From Phoronis australis (lineage: Eukaryota; Animalia; Phoronida), in contig NMRA01000062.1 in assembly GCA_002633005.1 (NCBI GenBank), positions 1,055,890-1,119,889 on the forward strand: a DNA stretch of 64,000 bases. Direction: 5' to 3'. The notes beneath the pieces are model-generated. The model made no database searches and had not been told where the DNA came from. It saw nothing but the letters and a program-made list of their open reading frames with translations. Within the stretch, counting starts at the first letter, position 1. The number at the start of each line of letters is the position of its first letter. Below are positions 37,222-50,072 of the stretch, piece by piece. Position numbers and translations under genes: made by a program.

Positions 37222-40200
37222 TAGTGATAGCGTTAAGTACGATCATTACGGAGTTTGAAGTGCCTTTGTTTACAAATGTATACCCCAATGTCTACCAAGT
37301 TCCTTGGCAAATTTTCCTTCTGAAACTTGCCAGTGGGTTTCTATTATACGGCGACAATGACGACCTCCCATTCTGACATCGATTAGACATATTACTCACC
37401 GTCTAATGGTAGTTGTTACTATTTACGAATCTGTGAATCAATTTCATTTTTTTCATGGATTAGAATTATTCTGCGCCTCCTAGCAGCTGTTTCAATTATT
37501 TTAATTTTTTTGACGTCAGCCTACCTATCCGCTAGACAGCTAAAAATCATTAAGAATTTTCAATGTTTATTTCGAAAAATAGGTTGTACAAGAGTAGGGC
37601 TTCAAAGTAGTATGTAACTAGGATTCAAAATATTACAAATTGAATATTATGTTAGCCCTCTGCAGCACAGGTATCCATACAGAGAGAGAGTGTTTGCCAT
37701 TTGGATACTATCTGCGCGTGTTGTCTTCTTATGAATATCTTTTCATTATATATCAAACGTGTTTATAGAATAGTTTTAGCAAAGCAGCGTTTTATAAGCT
37801 TAGACATTGCATAACATTTGGATCATGACTGATTGGCAAAAATGCTAACTGGCCTTGTATTCCGGGTAACACGGTATCTGTTTTACAGCCGGAAAACACG
37901 TTTTGGGAATAATTATCAATATAATAATATATAATGATTATAATAAATATGGGATATGCATGTAGATGGACTTATGGCAACTATTGGCTTTGACTACAGC
38001 TAAAAACAACACATTCCACTGCGTTTTGTCATTTTATTACAAACTGCCAATTCTTGCCGTAGCCTGTTATAGATTCGCTGAAATCAAGACCAGTGTCTTA
38101 CCATTCTAACACACTTAAACTACTATGCCAGTAGAACGTTGAATTGCTACTGCATCAAGTTTCAAAGTCTCATTCTGCCCTGAGGCTGATTTCAGAGGGT
38201 TACCATTCTCTCCGACAGTGTCCGTGTTTACTGTGTCTTTTCTTAGTTGAATACAAATTGCAGTAGTTAATCGGAAGTCTCTTCGTAATTTTTTATCTTG
38301 ACCTCGTGAAAGCGCTAGACCCAATCAATCAGTTGCCAACGAACATAGGACCACTTCAGCAATGTTTACTTCCCAGTTTAACAATATCCTTTTCAAGTCC
38401 CGGCGCACTCTGCTCCCGTCTGTCCTATGTTAACGATAAGATACAGCAAGAAAAATGTCGGCATGTTATCGTTATAAAATAATTGAAAATATTTCTTTTG
38501 TGTAATTCAAAAATGGTGGTATTCAAGTTCTTCAAACGTCCATCCTTTCGATGACAATCTATACTACTTTATTTTACAATGCAATCATTTAGTTGTTTGG
38601 ACCGAATGCCTTCTTGATGCTGCCATGCTTTGCACGTTGTGTATTTTCGATGGATTTGGAACCTTATCTTATTCCACGCGGCAATAGTTGACATTGCCAG
38701 ACTGAAACTTATCTCAATCAAAAATGTGATTTTCCATCCGATTTCGAAGCTATTAAATCCGAAATTACATCCCAAATTTTTACCAAAATGGTTTAAAGCG
38801 ACCCAAAGCACGTCAAAAATTGAAAATGGCACGCATCTCAACGGAACGACTATCTGCATTGCATTGACTGATTTCTTAATAACGATCTTCAAAGAAAATA
38901 GTTCAATCGTTATAAAACCAGGAGGAAGATTTTCAGTTGACCCACTCTTTGCTCAGTCGCGTTTTTCTTGAACAATAACTGCTTGTAAGCGAGAAGTTGA
39001 AATTTAGCAGGTCTTCAGGTAACCTCGAGGCAATTTGGCTTAGTTTGTAAAATATCTGGCTGGTCGACACCCAATGCAGGTTTGGCAGATTGTATGCACT
39101 GACTCTTAGTTCCTATTAGTGGAAACGATGGTTCTGAGATGAAAACTGTTGATTTGATGTATGTTTGCTCGTAGTCGAATGCATCTGCATTACTAGTAAA
39201 ATATGGAAAAAGTGACTTTGATAGAATGTGTCATATGGTTGATAAAATATAAGCATACGTGATCAACTTTTGGGTCTCAATGTTTCATTGCAATGTATGT
39301 AATCGAAACAGGATTTCAGACTTGGCTAATACATGCATATTTGGAGATCCAGCGAAAATTAGACTCGCTGCATATTAATTACAAGGTACCAAACTGAACT
39401 GCTTTGTAGCAAACTCTGACATTAACTCCTATAATTTTACACGATTTTACTTTTCGCGATAAACATTAAAAGTCAAATGTTTCTATTACAGACTAGCTCA
39501 TTTTAAGTTATTCAAGTCAATGCTAAACCTTTCCAAGAATAGATATGAACAGATAATAAAAACAAACAGCCCCGCTGTGCCAGATAGTTCGACTGGCGAA
39601 TCTGCACGTAGGCTGTCACAAGGGAGGCCGAACCTTATCACTCTTGAAGAAAAACGATGGCGTAAAGCAAAAAACCAGTGTGGCGGTGGCGTTTTCTTTT
39701 ATGATTGTGCACGTAGGTGGGGCTGGGCCTCCGTGGCCTCCAATCCTCCTGTGAGTTCAAGCATGGCCATTGTCAAACTAATACATTTCCTGTCAACATT
39801 TTAAATGCATTATTTGCCAGAAAACAACATTAATCCCTTGCAAACGGTGTTTTTAAGTTTTCCTTTAACAATATTGTTTCTTCCGTCACTTCATTCAAAC
39901 ACTCGCGTTTGGCATACGTATTTAGTATACAGATAATGAATTGTAACCCCACTGTGTTCCTTTCGATGACCCTTTATGGTAGTCTAAATGAGTTATTCCA
40001 AGGCTCTGGAACATGGGGGACAACTTAGGAATTGATTGTTTTCCCTTAGACATTCCTAAGCTTATTCCCGTAGCGTGGCTCCGCCTTACACCATGGTACA
40101 TTTACGCCCTTGTTACGCGGCATTATTTTTCAAAATAAGAGCGTGTTTGTGTGCATATATAAACTGGATCGGGAAACAGCAGTTCACATTTTCCCACTCA

Positions 40201-43200
40201 GTACAAATTTTGCAAGGCTCCTCACTTTCCTCGGCTGTCACTGTTTTTTTGTAATCTCTCACCAGACGAAAGCGGTTTTTTATCAGTTGGCCGTTGGGTG
40301 CTTCCGGGTGGGCTGCCATTCGCTAGTACCCCAGTGTATGTAACTTAGGACACCCGAGGACATAATTATGAAATGTGAACACCAATAGGGTGAAATTGTT
40401 TGCAAGATTTTACATTTTTATAAAGGCTTTTAATTAATTTATTTATTAAACTGTTGGGGTCCATGCTATATATTAGCACTTGCTACGCATGTTTTGTATA
40501 CTAATAATCTATTCTCGTCAAATAAAGTCTACAAACCTTTATAATCACCAGGTTTGTTGGTCTCTCTTCTCTATTTTTTGCATTAAATCCACGTACCGAT
40601 TGGTACTAGGAGCTGTTCACACCGTTAAATAAACCTGGCAGTAGTTGACTTGATGCTTTACCTAACTTAGATTGTGTCTGAACCGCTACAGATGTTTGCT
40701 CAGTTGTCGCAGCTATTGTTCAAATTAGAAGGTCAACAGACATTCAAAAGTAAGTGTGCTATGAATGAAAAAAACATACAAATATAAGGGTGGTACCGCT
40801 TTAACTAAACAACAACATGAACAGGTTATTATTCTGAACAAAACCCAAAAACGCTGCTGTTATTCGTGAGAACGGAATGCATACAGCACAGTGTAGTTAC
40901 GCGGCAAATTTGTAGCCGTTCACTTTGGAAACAAATACATGTGAGGGTAACTTTTAATCACGTTCATATCTTCGGGTAAGCTGTTTCTTTGGTGTTTACT
41001 TTACATAACCTGCATCTGGCAAAATCCAGAAATAGTGGAAAAAACGTTGGTTTCTACGCCTAAGCCAAAACGCCCTCTAGGAAAGTTACATCTGATTAAT
41101 TTTTATAACACTCTAAGTAACAGATGTTTATTTTGCAAAGCTTAGAATTTTTTCCTGTGTTTGACGTCGGGAATTCTTAGAAAGCTGTTCATTGTCGCCG
41201 CAATGACTTTGGAAAATTTGCCCTATTCGTGGTTATCAGTAAACAGTGTTAACGGAGTACATTCATATTAAAAGCCCGTCTTTCAATTGCATGAACAAAC
41301 TGGCCAAGTGTTGTTTCAACTTGTATTGGACCTTATTGAAAAGCGTGTGTATTTATTCGAATCTATAGAAAATGTAGATTTTAACCATGTAGAATTTGAT
41401 TTCCGACTGTTTACCAATCTGCCATTAACTGATTCACGTGACCACCTGATTATAGCACAATTTAGCAAAGACGAATGCTACGTTCACACTAAAACTCCGA
41501 CCGGTATCAACAACAAGGCCAAGTTTTGACTTACATAAATATTTAGTATGACAGAGCGCCGTCAAAGTTTTCTAAATTATCCATTGCTTTCGTGACATGC
41601 AACGAACCGGTTCTTTTGAAAATTTAAACTTTTCTTCTTGGTCAAAAGTCACGATTTCATAAGCCCATTTTGGTAAATAATGAAACAATTGCATGTAGCA
41701 AGGTATATTTTAACAGTTTCACTAAATATTACTTAAATGCACAAATATAAGTAATACAAAAGGCCGCTTAAGTTTAAGAATATATGTGCAAGTTTTAAAG
41801 TCGCCATCTCCTACTCTGGCATAAAATTAAGCAAATGGGTAATTAACATAAATCTCGCTTAAATTTAAGCATATATCTGTACAAGTTCGGAACTTGCCAT
41901 CTTCTACTCACGAAAATCATAAAACTTCAGTTTTTGATAGCCCCTTGATGTCCAAGTGAAACAAATTATTTAACAAATCCTTTACTGCATCTTGGGTGTA
42001 CAGTACATGTCGATTAATTTCTGCAAGTTTCGTGTGAGTTTGAAGTTAGTTGAATTGGAATATTTCAATGATCCTACATACATGTAACGGTAATCGACCT
42101 ACTACGGTGAGCTTGGTTCAAAAGGAGGACGAAATGGTTAAATCTTAAAAATGTTATTTTTGATAACTACAAAACTCTATAATTTAGCTCAGCAAACGCG
42201 TATACTGTCTGCAAATAGAAATTGTGTAAAATTATATTTTTGTCTTTATATCAATCTGTCATTAGTTAGGGCACGTGACCATGTTTTTTCGTAAAACTTA
42301 GTAAAAAGGGGATAAATTCATTGCAAAACGACAGGCGCCAAGTGTGTATGACATAAATGTTCAAGGTAATATCTCAGAAACTGTATTACCGTTTTCTTAA
42401 ATCATCGTTTCGTTTTCGTTTTATGCAAATTTAAAGATTTGTCATCAAATTTATGTAAGTCCTATTTTTGACAGCCTCCATCCAAATATTAGCAGCGTTA
42501 TAGAGAACAGTGGAAATAGCCTGATACTTGAACGTTCCATGTGAATCCCACCAGCCACTTTTGAGATTTGATGATGTTCCTAACTTGGCCAAAACTGGAC
42601 ATTTTTCTATAGTTCTACACAAGACAGCGTATAAAATCTCGATGGAAAGACATGTCAGGTGTGTCTAAAGTAATACTAAAACCCATTTCAGCCTCCGTTA
42701 GCGTTGTGAACTGTGGCCATATGATTTACACTTTTTAAAAACGTTTTTTGCATTTGTAGTTACAAGTGTTGCTTAATTGCAAAGATACAGCAAATTTCTG
42801 TGACGGTTGTTGTCTACTTTGTTTCGCAAATAGCAGATATCCACATGTAGATGAACAATAATTTCATCTCTTAGGAGAGCTAGTGACTATGTACATGTAA
42901 CAGTTGGTGACTAAACAAGTTTTGATTGCATTCATCAAAGCAGGTTTTAATTCGATAATAGATAGAATATAAAGCGAAAAAACGGTGTTGATTTTTTATA
43001 AGTGAGGTTGTTTGTTTATTTTGAGGAAAGGTGTTATACACGTACATTGCTTATGTACTTTCCCATTGTTCATTTCTGTATTTTCTCTAATGTTTGTTTT
43101 CATTATCAATGTCTGGGTCTTTCCGTAGTCCTTTCATTTGTCTACAATCCCTACCAGCGTGCCTCTTTATCTATCATCAACGTACGCGTTTAAACGTATT

Positions 43201-46200
43201 TCGTAGTGGCATATTAGCTCCCATGATCTGCGTCATTCCGTTTAAAAATCTCACGAGAAGAAAACCACTGTATCCCTAGAGAGAGACTCAAGGAATTCAG
43301 AAGTATCACGTGCTTATTTCTAATGCAAACTACTCGGACATACATGTAGTAGCCAAAGCATCACTATCGCAAAATCAGGGAAAACGCAAAGTTTGTGCAC
43401 GTTTTTGTTTCAGCCTCTTTTCCGAGGTCCAACTGCGATTTTATATGATTTTTTGTTGGAATGAAACGTGCTATCAGTGACCAATGTTTCGAAAATATAT
43501 GTAACAAATTATCGGTCACCCAGCTTTCACCATTGTAAAAAACTTAAAAAGTGCAAGGTGTGGTTTTGCAATATTTTTCTCCATAAATTAAAATTTATAT
43601 CGAAAATGGACCCTTATTTCATATGAAAAGCGTAGCAGCCCGTCTATTATTACAACTAGGTCAAAAAAATTATGGCGTGCTAGACAGCAGAATACAAAGG
43701 CTCAATTACAGACCTAATAGTTATGAATATGGGCATGTTGTTTTTGAGGGATGACGTCGCAAATTCTCTTTGTAAAGTGCGGTGCAGGTGTGACACACAC
43801 ACACGCACTGTGAGATCGGCTTTTAGCAATAATATTTGTCAATGGGAGAAATAAAATTGTGGGTTTATTCAAACATAACCGCTATAGGTAAATAAATACC
43901 GCACCCTTAAAAATTACATTACGAACAATATATCTGTTTGCGACGGCATTCGTGTAAAGGCATAGGTATATGGAAGCTCGCTTTAGTGGAGACAACCGCT
44001 TTACCTCTCGCTCCACCCCCCCCCCCCTGACACCAGTGATCTTCCAAGAAATTGCCTTTCCTCCGCCCCATGTCGTTGAATCAGTCCCACAGAGAGGTGA
44101 AAATTAAATTAATACGAATATGCCACACTCCTGTCCCCGTGGTCCCAACGTCAGATTATTGCTTATCGCCACCACTTTAAACCCCCCGCTCCTTGTCTTT
44201 GCCAATTTTGCACCTTCTCGCTATATGCGTGGAGTCTTTGTAGTTTGGTGGTGGAGATGACTCGGAAGGAAGCCAGTTTAAACTTGAGTACCGGCACTTC
44301 CACTTCAATTCGCGAGGAAAGGTCATATATAAGATCTGAGAATGTTACGGGGTTATGCGATTGGGCACGATTTTGACCTTCACTGGGAGGCATGTTTCAT
44401 GAATTTGAAAATATAAAAAAATTATTACCGAAATCAGTCTTCAATTGGCATAAGCCTAACTCAAGAGACCCCTCGACTGGCGGCGAAATCCGGAGAAATA
44501 CGGGATGGAATAACGTCATCTCGGAACTAGTAGAAAGGATATCGTATTGAAAGTTATAATTAAGTACTTGAAATCCAATGTCAGGGTTAATATAATGAGT
44601 GTCAGATTTGAGGAAAATTTACTTCATTGAGGGTCGTCCATTGTAGGGGTACATGTTGACAGGGTGCGTTTCCGGGGTCCTTTGTTCAAAATTCCTTTTC
44701 GAAAAGGGTTCTCCATTTTTTGAGACTGACCCCGAATTTCGTCCTTTTACGTCACAATTCACCAAAACACCAATTTCATAGAGCGTTTTACAAAAAAGTA
44801 CCTCGTGCAATTTGCTGTTTGGGGTAGGACGTATAACTATTGTCCTAAACTTCAATTTGCATAAATGTTCACAAAATGATCGTCATTGTCTTCTCAGATT
44901 GGTTATACTAGTAATAATAATCGTCTACGAATCACTCCATTTTCGTAGAGGCATACATGTAAACATGAAGACCAGGGGCCCGTTCCAAGTAACAGACTTA
45001 CATTAATTTTTGACCAAAGAAAATCACACTCCTGACATTCTGATCGACACAGCAAATTTCATAAGATCACATGCGATCAACAAAAGAATCAGTATCGCAA
45101 GTAAAAATTGCTATTAATTTTAGAGTTATAAAACAATCGAAAGTTTATTATGTCGGATTTATTGAGTGCTTAGGGGCAATTGTCGAATGACGCAACCTTT
45201 GAAGAGAACCTTGTCGTCTGAGACCAGATTCCTTAACATAAAAGGCACGATGCCCAAAGAAAGATTGTAGACTGTTTCCACCATCAAATCACCCTCATTA
45301 TATCACAAGGGCACTACCCTTTACATACAGGACTTACGATTTCACAAAAAGGTGGAAAGAGAGGCATCTGATTCCATCATTGGGGCGCTCCCCGTGAGGG
45401 GGCACTTAAGAAAAATTATGTAGATTTATATTATTCCAAGAGCAGGGATTTGTTTCAAATAATATTACTATTAAAATGGGCAAAATGAGTGACAGATGAC
45501 TTCATTACCCAGAAGAATTGTCTTCTGAACTAATTTGCTCTGGATAATCTTTGCATTACAATTTCTCTCAGATTTCTTTGCAGCATACATGAATTAGGAC
45601 ACAATTTCCAGTTGACGCAGCTTACTTGTAAGATGAAACAATTTTTGCCAGACGACGATACGTAAGACGGTGGACAGCGTTCTGCATTTTTGTACGGCTT
45701 TGATAACGTGGAATATTTACCAGCATTTCTTTACATAATCTATGCGACCATCATGCCATCAAACTGTAACCGTGGGATATCAATATTAATTTTCAAAATG
45801 TCTTTTCATGAGAGAAATCGCGTTTCGTCCATGTCATCTTGTCCCGACTTGGTCACCGCAGTCAGAAGTTAGGTCAAGGCAATAGCACATTTGTGCTTTC
45901 ATGATGCTGATGTTGTATTGAGTGTGTTCGTTATTGTTGTTTATTCTGCATGTAAACGCTCAGTTGTTTTTTCGTCTTCTATCGAGAGGGCAAAAACAAA
46001 TAGAAATACTATGACTGAGTGGGTTCGTGAATGACGACATTGAAATGCTGTTGAAGTTAGAGCAATAGTTTACGACTACAGTGTATGTTGGAAGAACGTG
46101 AGATCTTCATTCAGACATCAGTTAACGTGGATAGCGGGGTTCAGAACATTGCCCTAACGGCAACAATTGAAACTCTAATTCAATAATGCATTGAAATGCC

Positions 46201-46565
46201 CAAATGAGTGAAAGATCGTTTTTCTTTTCATCAGTGTTGACTTAAGGGTTTTCCGTGTTTAAACCATTGAAATTAAGGACGTTATATACCGCGTGCGCTA
46301 TCGTTCCTATTAATAGTAACACGGAAATATCGTCTCAGATGTTTTTATTTAACTACTGTTACTTATTTGGAAAATAGTTTCAATGGACTTCTGGCACTTT
46401 ATGAGAGCATACCCATATATTTAAAAGGATACTAACACATGCTTTGGTTATTTCATCCAATCCTCGTTCTGTCACCTGCTAACACATGTTGTGTGATAAA
46501 AGCAGGATTCAATTAAAAACTAATACGTTCCGCGTCACATACATACACAAAACGTAACGATAGTA

Positions 46566-46662
46566 ATGAAGTAATATCCCACGAAACATTATTCCGCGTA
46601 TGGTCCGAGACCGAAGGTCCGTGTCGGTACGCGGAATAATGTTGAGTAGGATATTACTTCAT
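46566..46662. repeat. Long imperfect inverted repeat with inner GACC-GAA-GGTC hairpin (Crypton-type terminus-like)
   Basis: atgaagtaatatcc..aacattattccgcgta pairs with tacgcggaataatgtt..ggatattacttcat. Confidence 0.7.
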
Positions 46663-47544
46663 ATACAGTACACCAATCGAAGTACGTTTTGTATTTATCC
46701 CATACATTTCGAATTCCTAAGTTTCTTTCATTTTTCGGCAGATTTTTTTTAAAATACTTCAGTCAGACTGTTCACGTGGCGGATCACATCCTACATGTAT
46801 GTACTTGAGCGGTAGATTGCAAGTTTTCTCTAGAGGAAGAAACAGTTTTAAATGTAACGATTTATTACTTAAAAAGATGTAACAAAGATGAAAACAACGG
46901 TAACAGCGCATTGAACTTGTAACATCCCCTGAAAGTAGTTAAACAAGAAATAGTTAAACAAATAGTTAAACAACAACATGTGATGTTATTGGGGACAAAT
47001 AAAACAAGACAAGAATAATATATATGTTAAGTTGTATTGGGAATTCCATGGTCACAGCTGTACAAATAATTATTTCACAAAATGTACCAGTACCTTAACT
47101 ACGAGAGATTTGCGATACCCAATGTGTAATTCAGTGTCGGATACTAAGTGGCATATCTTAGTATAGTACCAAATGGGAACTAATAGGTACATGTATAAAA
47201 ATTGCGTAATTAGAAAAAAAACTTAGGAGTGAATGTAATGTTAACTGAGGCTATTATAGTTACCGAGGAATCGGCGCCTGAGTTACTGACGATATAATAG
47301 TTAGCAATTGAATACTGAGACAGGGGTGTCATATAATTAACAGTTTTGTACCAGACGTTATGTTTAGGGCTTGATTGCATGTCGAGTGTTATTTATACTA
47401 CTCCAACTGCATTACTTTAAACTATGTCAAGGAACTAACGACTGAAAATTTCCACACGATAATCGAAATTAAGTCCCATTGTAAATCTCATTATTTTTTA
47501 GACTTCCTAACTACATGACACTGGACTCGTCAGTGCTGTAAGAA

Positions 47545-47608
47545 ATGCCGCCAGGGAGGACAAAATGCCTGGCTTCGGGCATCGTGGTTCTAATGATGTG
47601 TCACCAAG
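47545..47608 (+). CDS. Mucin gene 2 first coding exon: signal peptide start (MPPGRTKCLASGIVVLMMCHQ)
   Basis: Acceptor ttatttttag| at 47501, ATG at 47545, donor caag|gtgagt in phase 1, in frame with the exon at 50073 (…CHQ-VLTTATRTST). Confidence 0.7.
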
Positions 47609-50072
47609 GTGAGTTCTTTGAAAACACCGAACACTTGTTTTCACGACTCGGGCAATCTCTGATTTTTTTTCTAAAATCCCTAAAATGTACGTGTAAGTGT
47701 GTTTTCCCTTTTTCACTTAACCCTCAAGGAATATACATAAGGAACATAATCCATGCGACTATGGCTATAATAGGAAGTTCTGGATAATTTGATTTATACC
47801 TGAAGAAGTTTTGCCTTAAGGTGAGAGAACTATGTATTAAGAGAAGAAACTAGTCAAAGAGAATTGTTGGTTTGGGTAGGAGCTTATTTTTTCAGTAATA
47901 TGGATTAACAGTGCATATAAGAATGAGAAATGTAACCAACCAAACTTGTTTTAACGTTTCCCATGGCAAGATATATATTGATTTATACCCGCATCAATAA
48001 AAGAAAATGGTCTTTTTTATGACATTGAGTCTAAGAGATCAGATATTGGACGGATAGACGTACACCGTTAAGTCTATCACTCTCGAATACTGCTGTACTT
48101 TTTGACGTGCTGTGAGATTTGTTTTGCGTGTGTTTGAACGTCTCAACGTTTGTCTTTGAGTTACATCACCATTATGAAAATGTAGTTAGTGAAATGATAC
48201 GATTTTAGACCCTTTTAGCGACTTCAAAATCATATTCAACTCATACTAACTTGATCGACTTAAAGGGGTCCCAGATAGACCCTCACCACTTTTACGTTAA
48301 GAATTTATGTTAATAAAACCGTGAACCCGCACAGCTTAAATCGTTGAACGTAGGACAAAGTACATACAAAATACATGTATTAAATAATTTCCTATTGAAC
48401 ACAAACGTGTGAATTGAATTCATTGTCATTTTTTTGGAATTTAGTGGCAGAAATAGAATACATTTACTTCTTGAATATTTTAAAAAGTCACGTAGCATCG
48501 TTTCCGCATACGTTAGCGGGCACATGTAAATCTAGCGCAGCAAACTAGACTATTTGGTATTTTAATGATGGCAACTGCGATAACTAAATTGCCCTCAGAC
48601 TTGAATAGAGTAGTCGGTGTCTTTATACATGTAAATGTACATGTGATTGTTTGCTTTCGTTTCTGTACGTATGCTTAAGGCTATATATTTCAAAAAACCT
48701 AGAAACCCGATTTACAATTGCAGTATAGTTTACATAGTACGATTTAATCAGAGCAAGTGGAACACTGAATGGCCAAGATTACGACGTGTTTGGTCCAGCA
48801 TGCGCACTCTGCCGAGTTCACTCGTTACATGAAGTAAAAGATAATGTCAAGCCCAAACATAGAACTCTAGTCCTGGAATGCCATCTTCGATCTCGCGCTG
48901 CTGAGGTTGCGCAGGGGGTGCGTGGCAATCGTGTGCATTCGTTTGTTCTGGTGTACGAGTTGGCTACTGATATGGAATTTACTGTCAATAAAACTTTTCG
49001 CAGCTCCGCCGTTTTTCAACCGAGTTGCATAAAAGCCGTATCATTAGAAAGCCCTTCACCTGTTCTTAATTGTGTATGGTTATACCATAAGCAAACGATA
49101 AACACTTTATAATACTCACCAGTTCGCTTACCTGACACTTTTAAAATATTTTTATATTCCAAAAAACAAAAATGTTACCAAAATACGAAAAATAATATGG
49201 TATAATAGGATGGCCCTCCTAGAACGGGACAATTGCCAAGCGCAATGTACGCTGTCGGCAACACCAAGTAGAGGATTGAATTTTTTTACAAGATGAACTT
49301 TTAAATTTCTAAATTTTGTTTCATGGGTATACGTTAATAATACAAATAGCATTCACTGCTCAAAAATCGAACATGTACAGTGTAAACATTACCCAAACGA
49401 AGTATTACAGAAGTACCTGAAAACACTAATAATTTATACAAACACACACACACACACACGCACATAAAAACACGTACATGCACACCCACACACACTTACG
49501 TACGCAAATACGAGTAGTTTCTTGAAAGTCACGTAAACGCTCCTGATAATAGAGGCTAAACTTTTCATTCATAGTAGCAGAACAATCACTAAAATACCAC
49601 ATGCAACTTTTTTCCGTAAAATACCATAGTATGATTTTGACACTCAAAAATGTCTTGTTTCTAAGACTTGAGATGAAAAGACAGCAGAGATCAGACTATT
49701 TTCGCTATTCAGCCAGGGCCAAGGGCCGATCAGAAATGACCGATGTAAATGTCAAGTTTGACGACTAATTTTGCCAGGAAATTAGTGGTTGTCTAGAACC
49801 GTAGCTCAAAATTCATGCTTGATGAACAAAAATGTCAAAATGAAAATGAAGCAATAGTATTAAGGTTGATTTGATAACTATAACACTCGACCAGGACCCA
49901 TTCGAGCAGGCAACCGGAAATTTACAGTACTAACTCTCGCAACTAGTCCCGGGGTCGCAATCTCTTATAATAGAATGCATTGGTCACGAGCTGGAGTTGG
50001 CATTCCTGGGCTAGAATTCCAAGGTCCAAAAGAACAGGAACGATCTATTCAATTCCAAGTGTTTTGTTGTAG

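Noticed and set aside
45573-45665. Frame reading FLCSIHELGHNFQ, an HExxH zinc-metalloprotease-like motif next to a plausible acceptor
   Set aside because: Isolated short open stretch with no other protease-like exons found; consistent with chance.
46936-46975. Three copies of TAGTTAAACAA (forkhead-like) upstream of gene 2
   Set aside because: Explained by simple slippage and only a weak match to the forkhead consensus.
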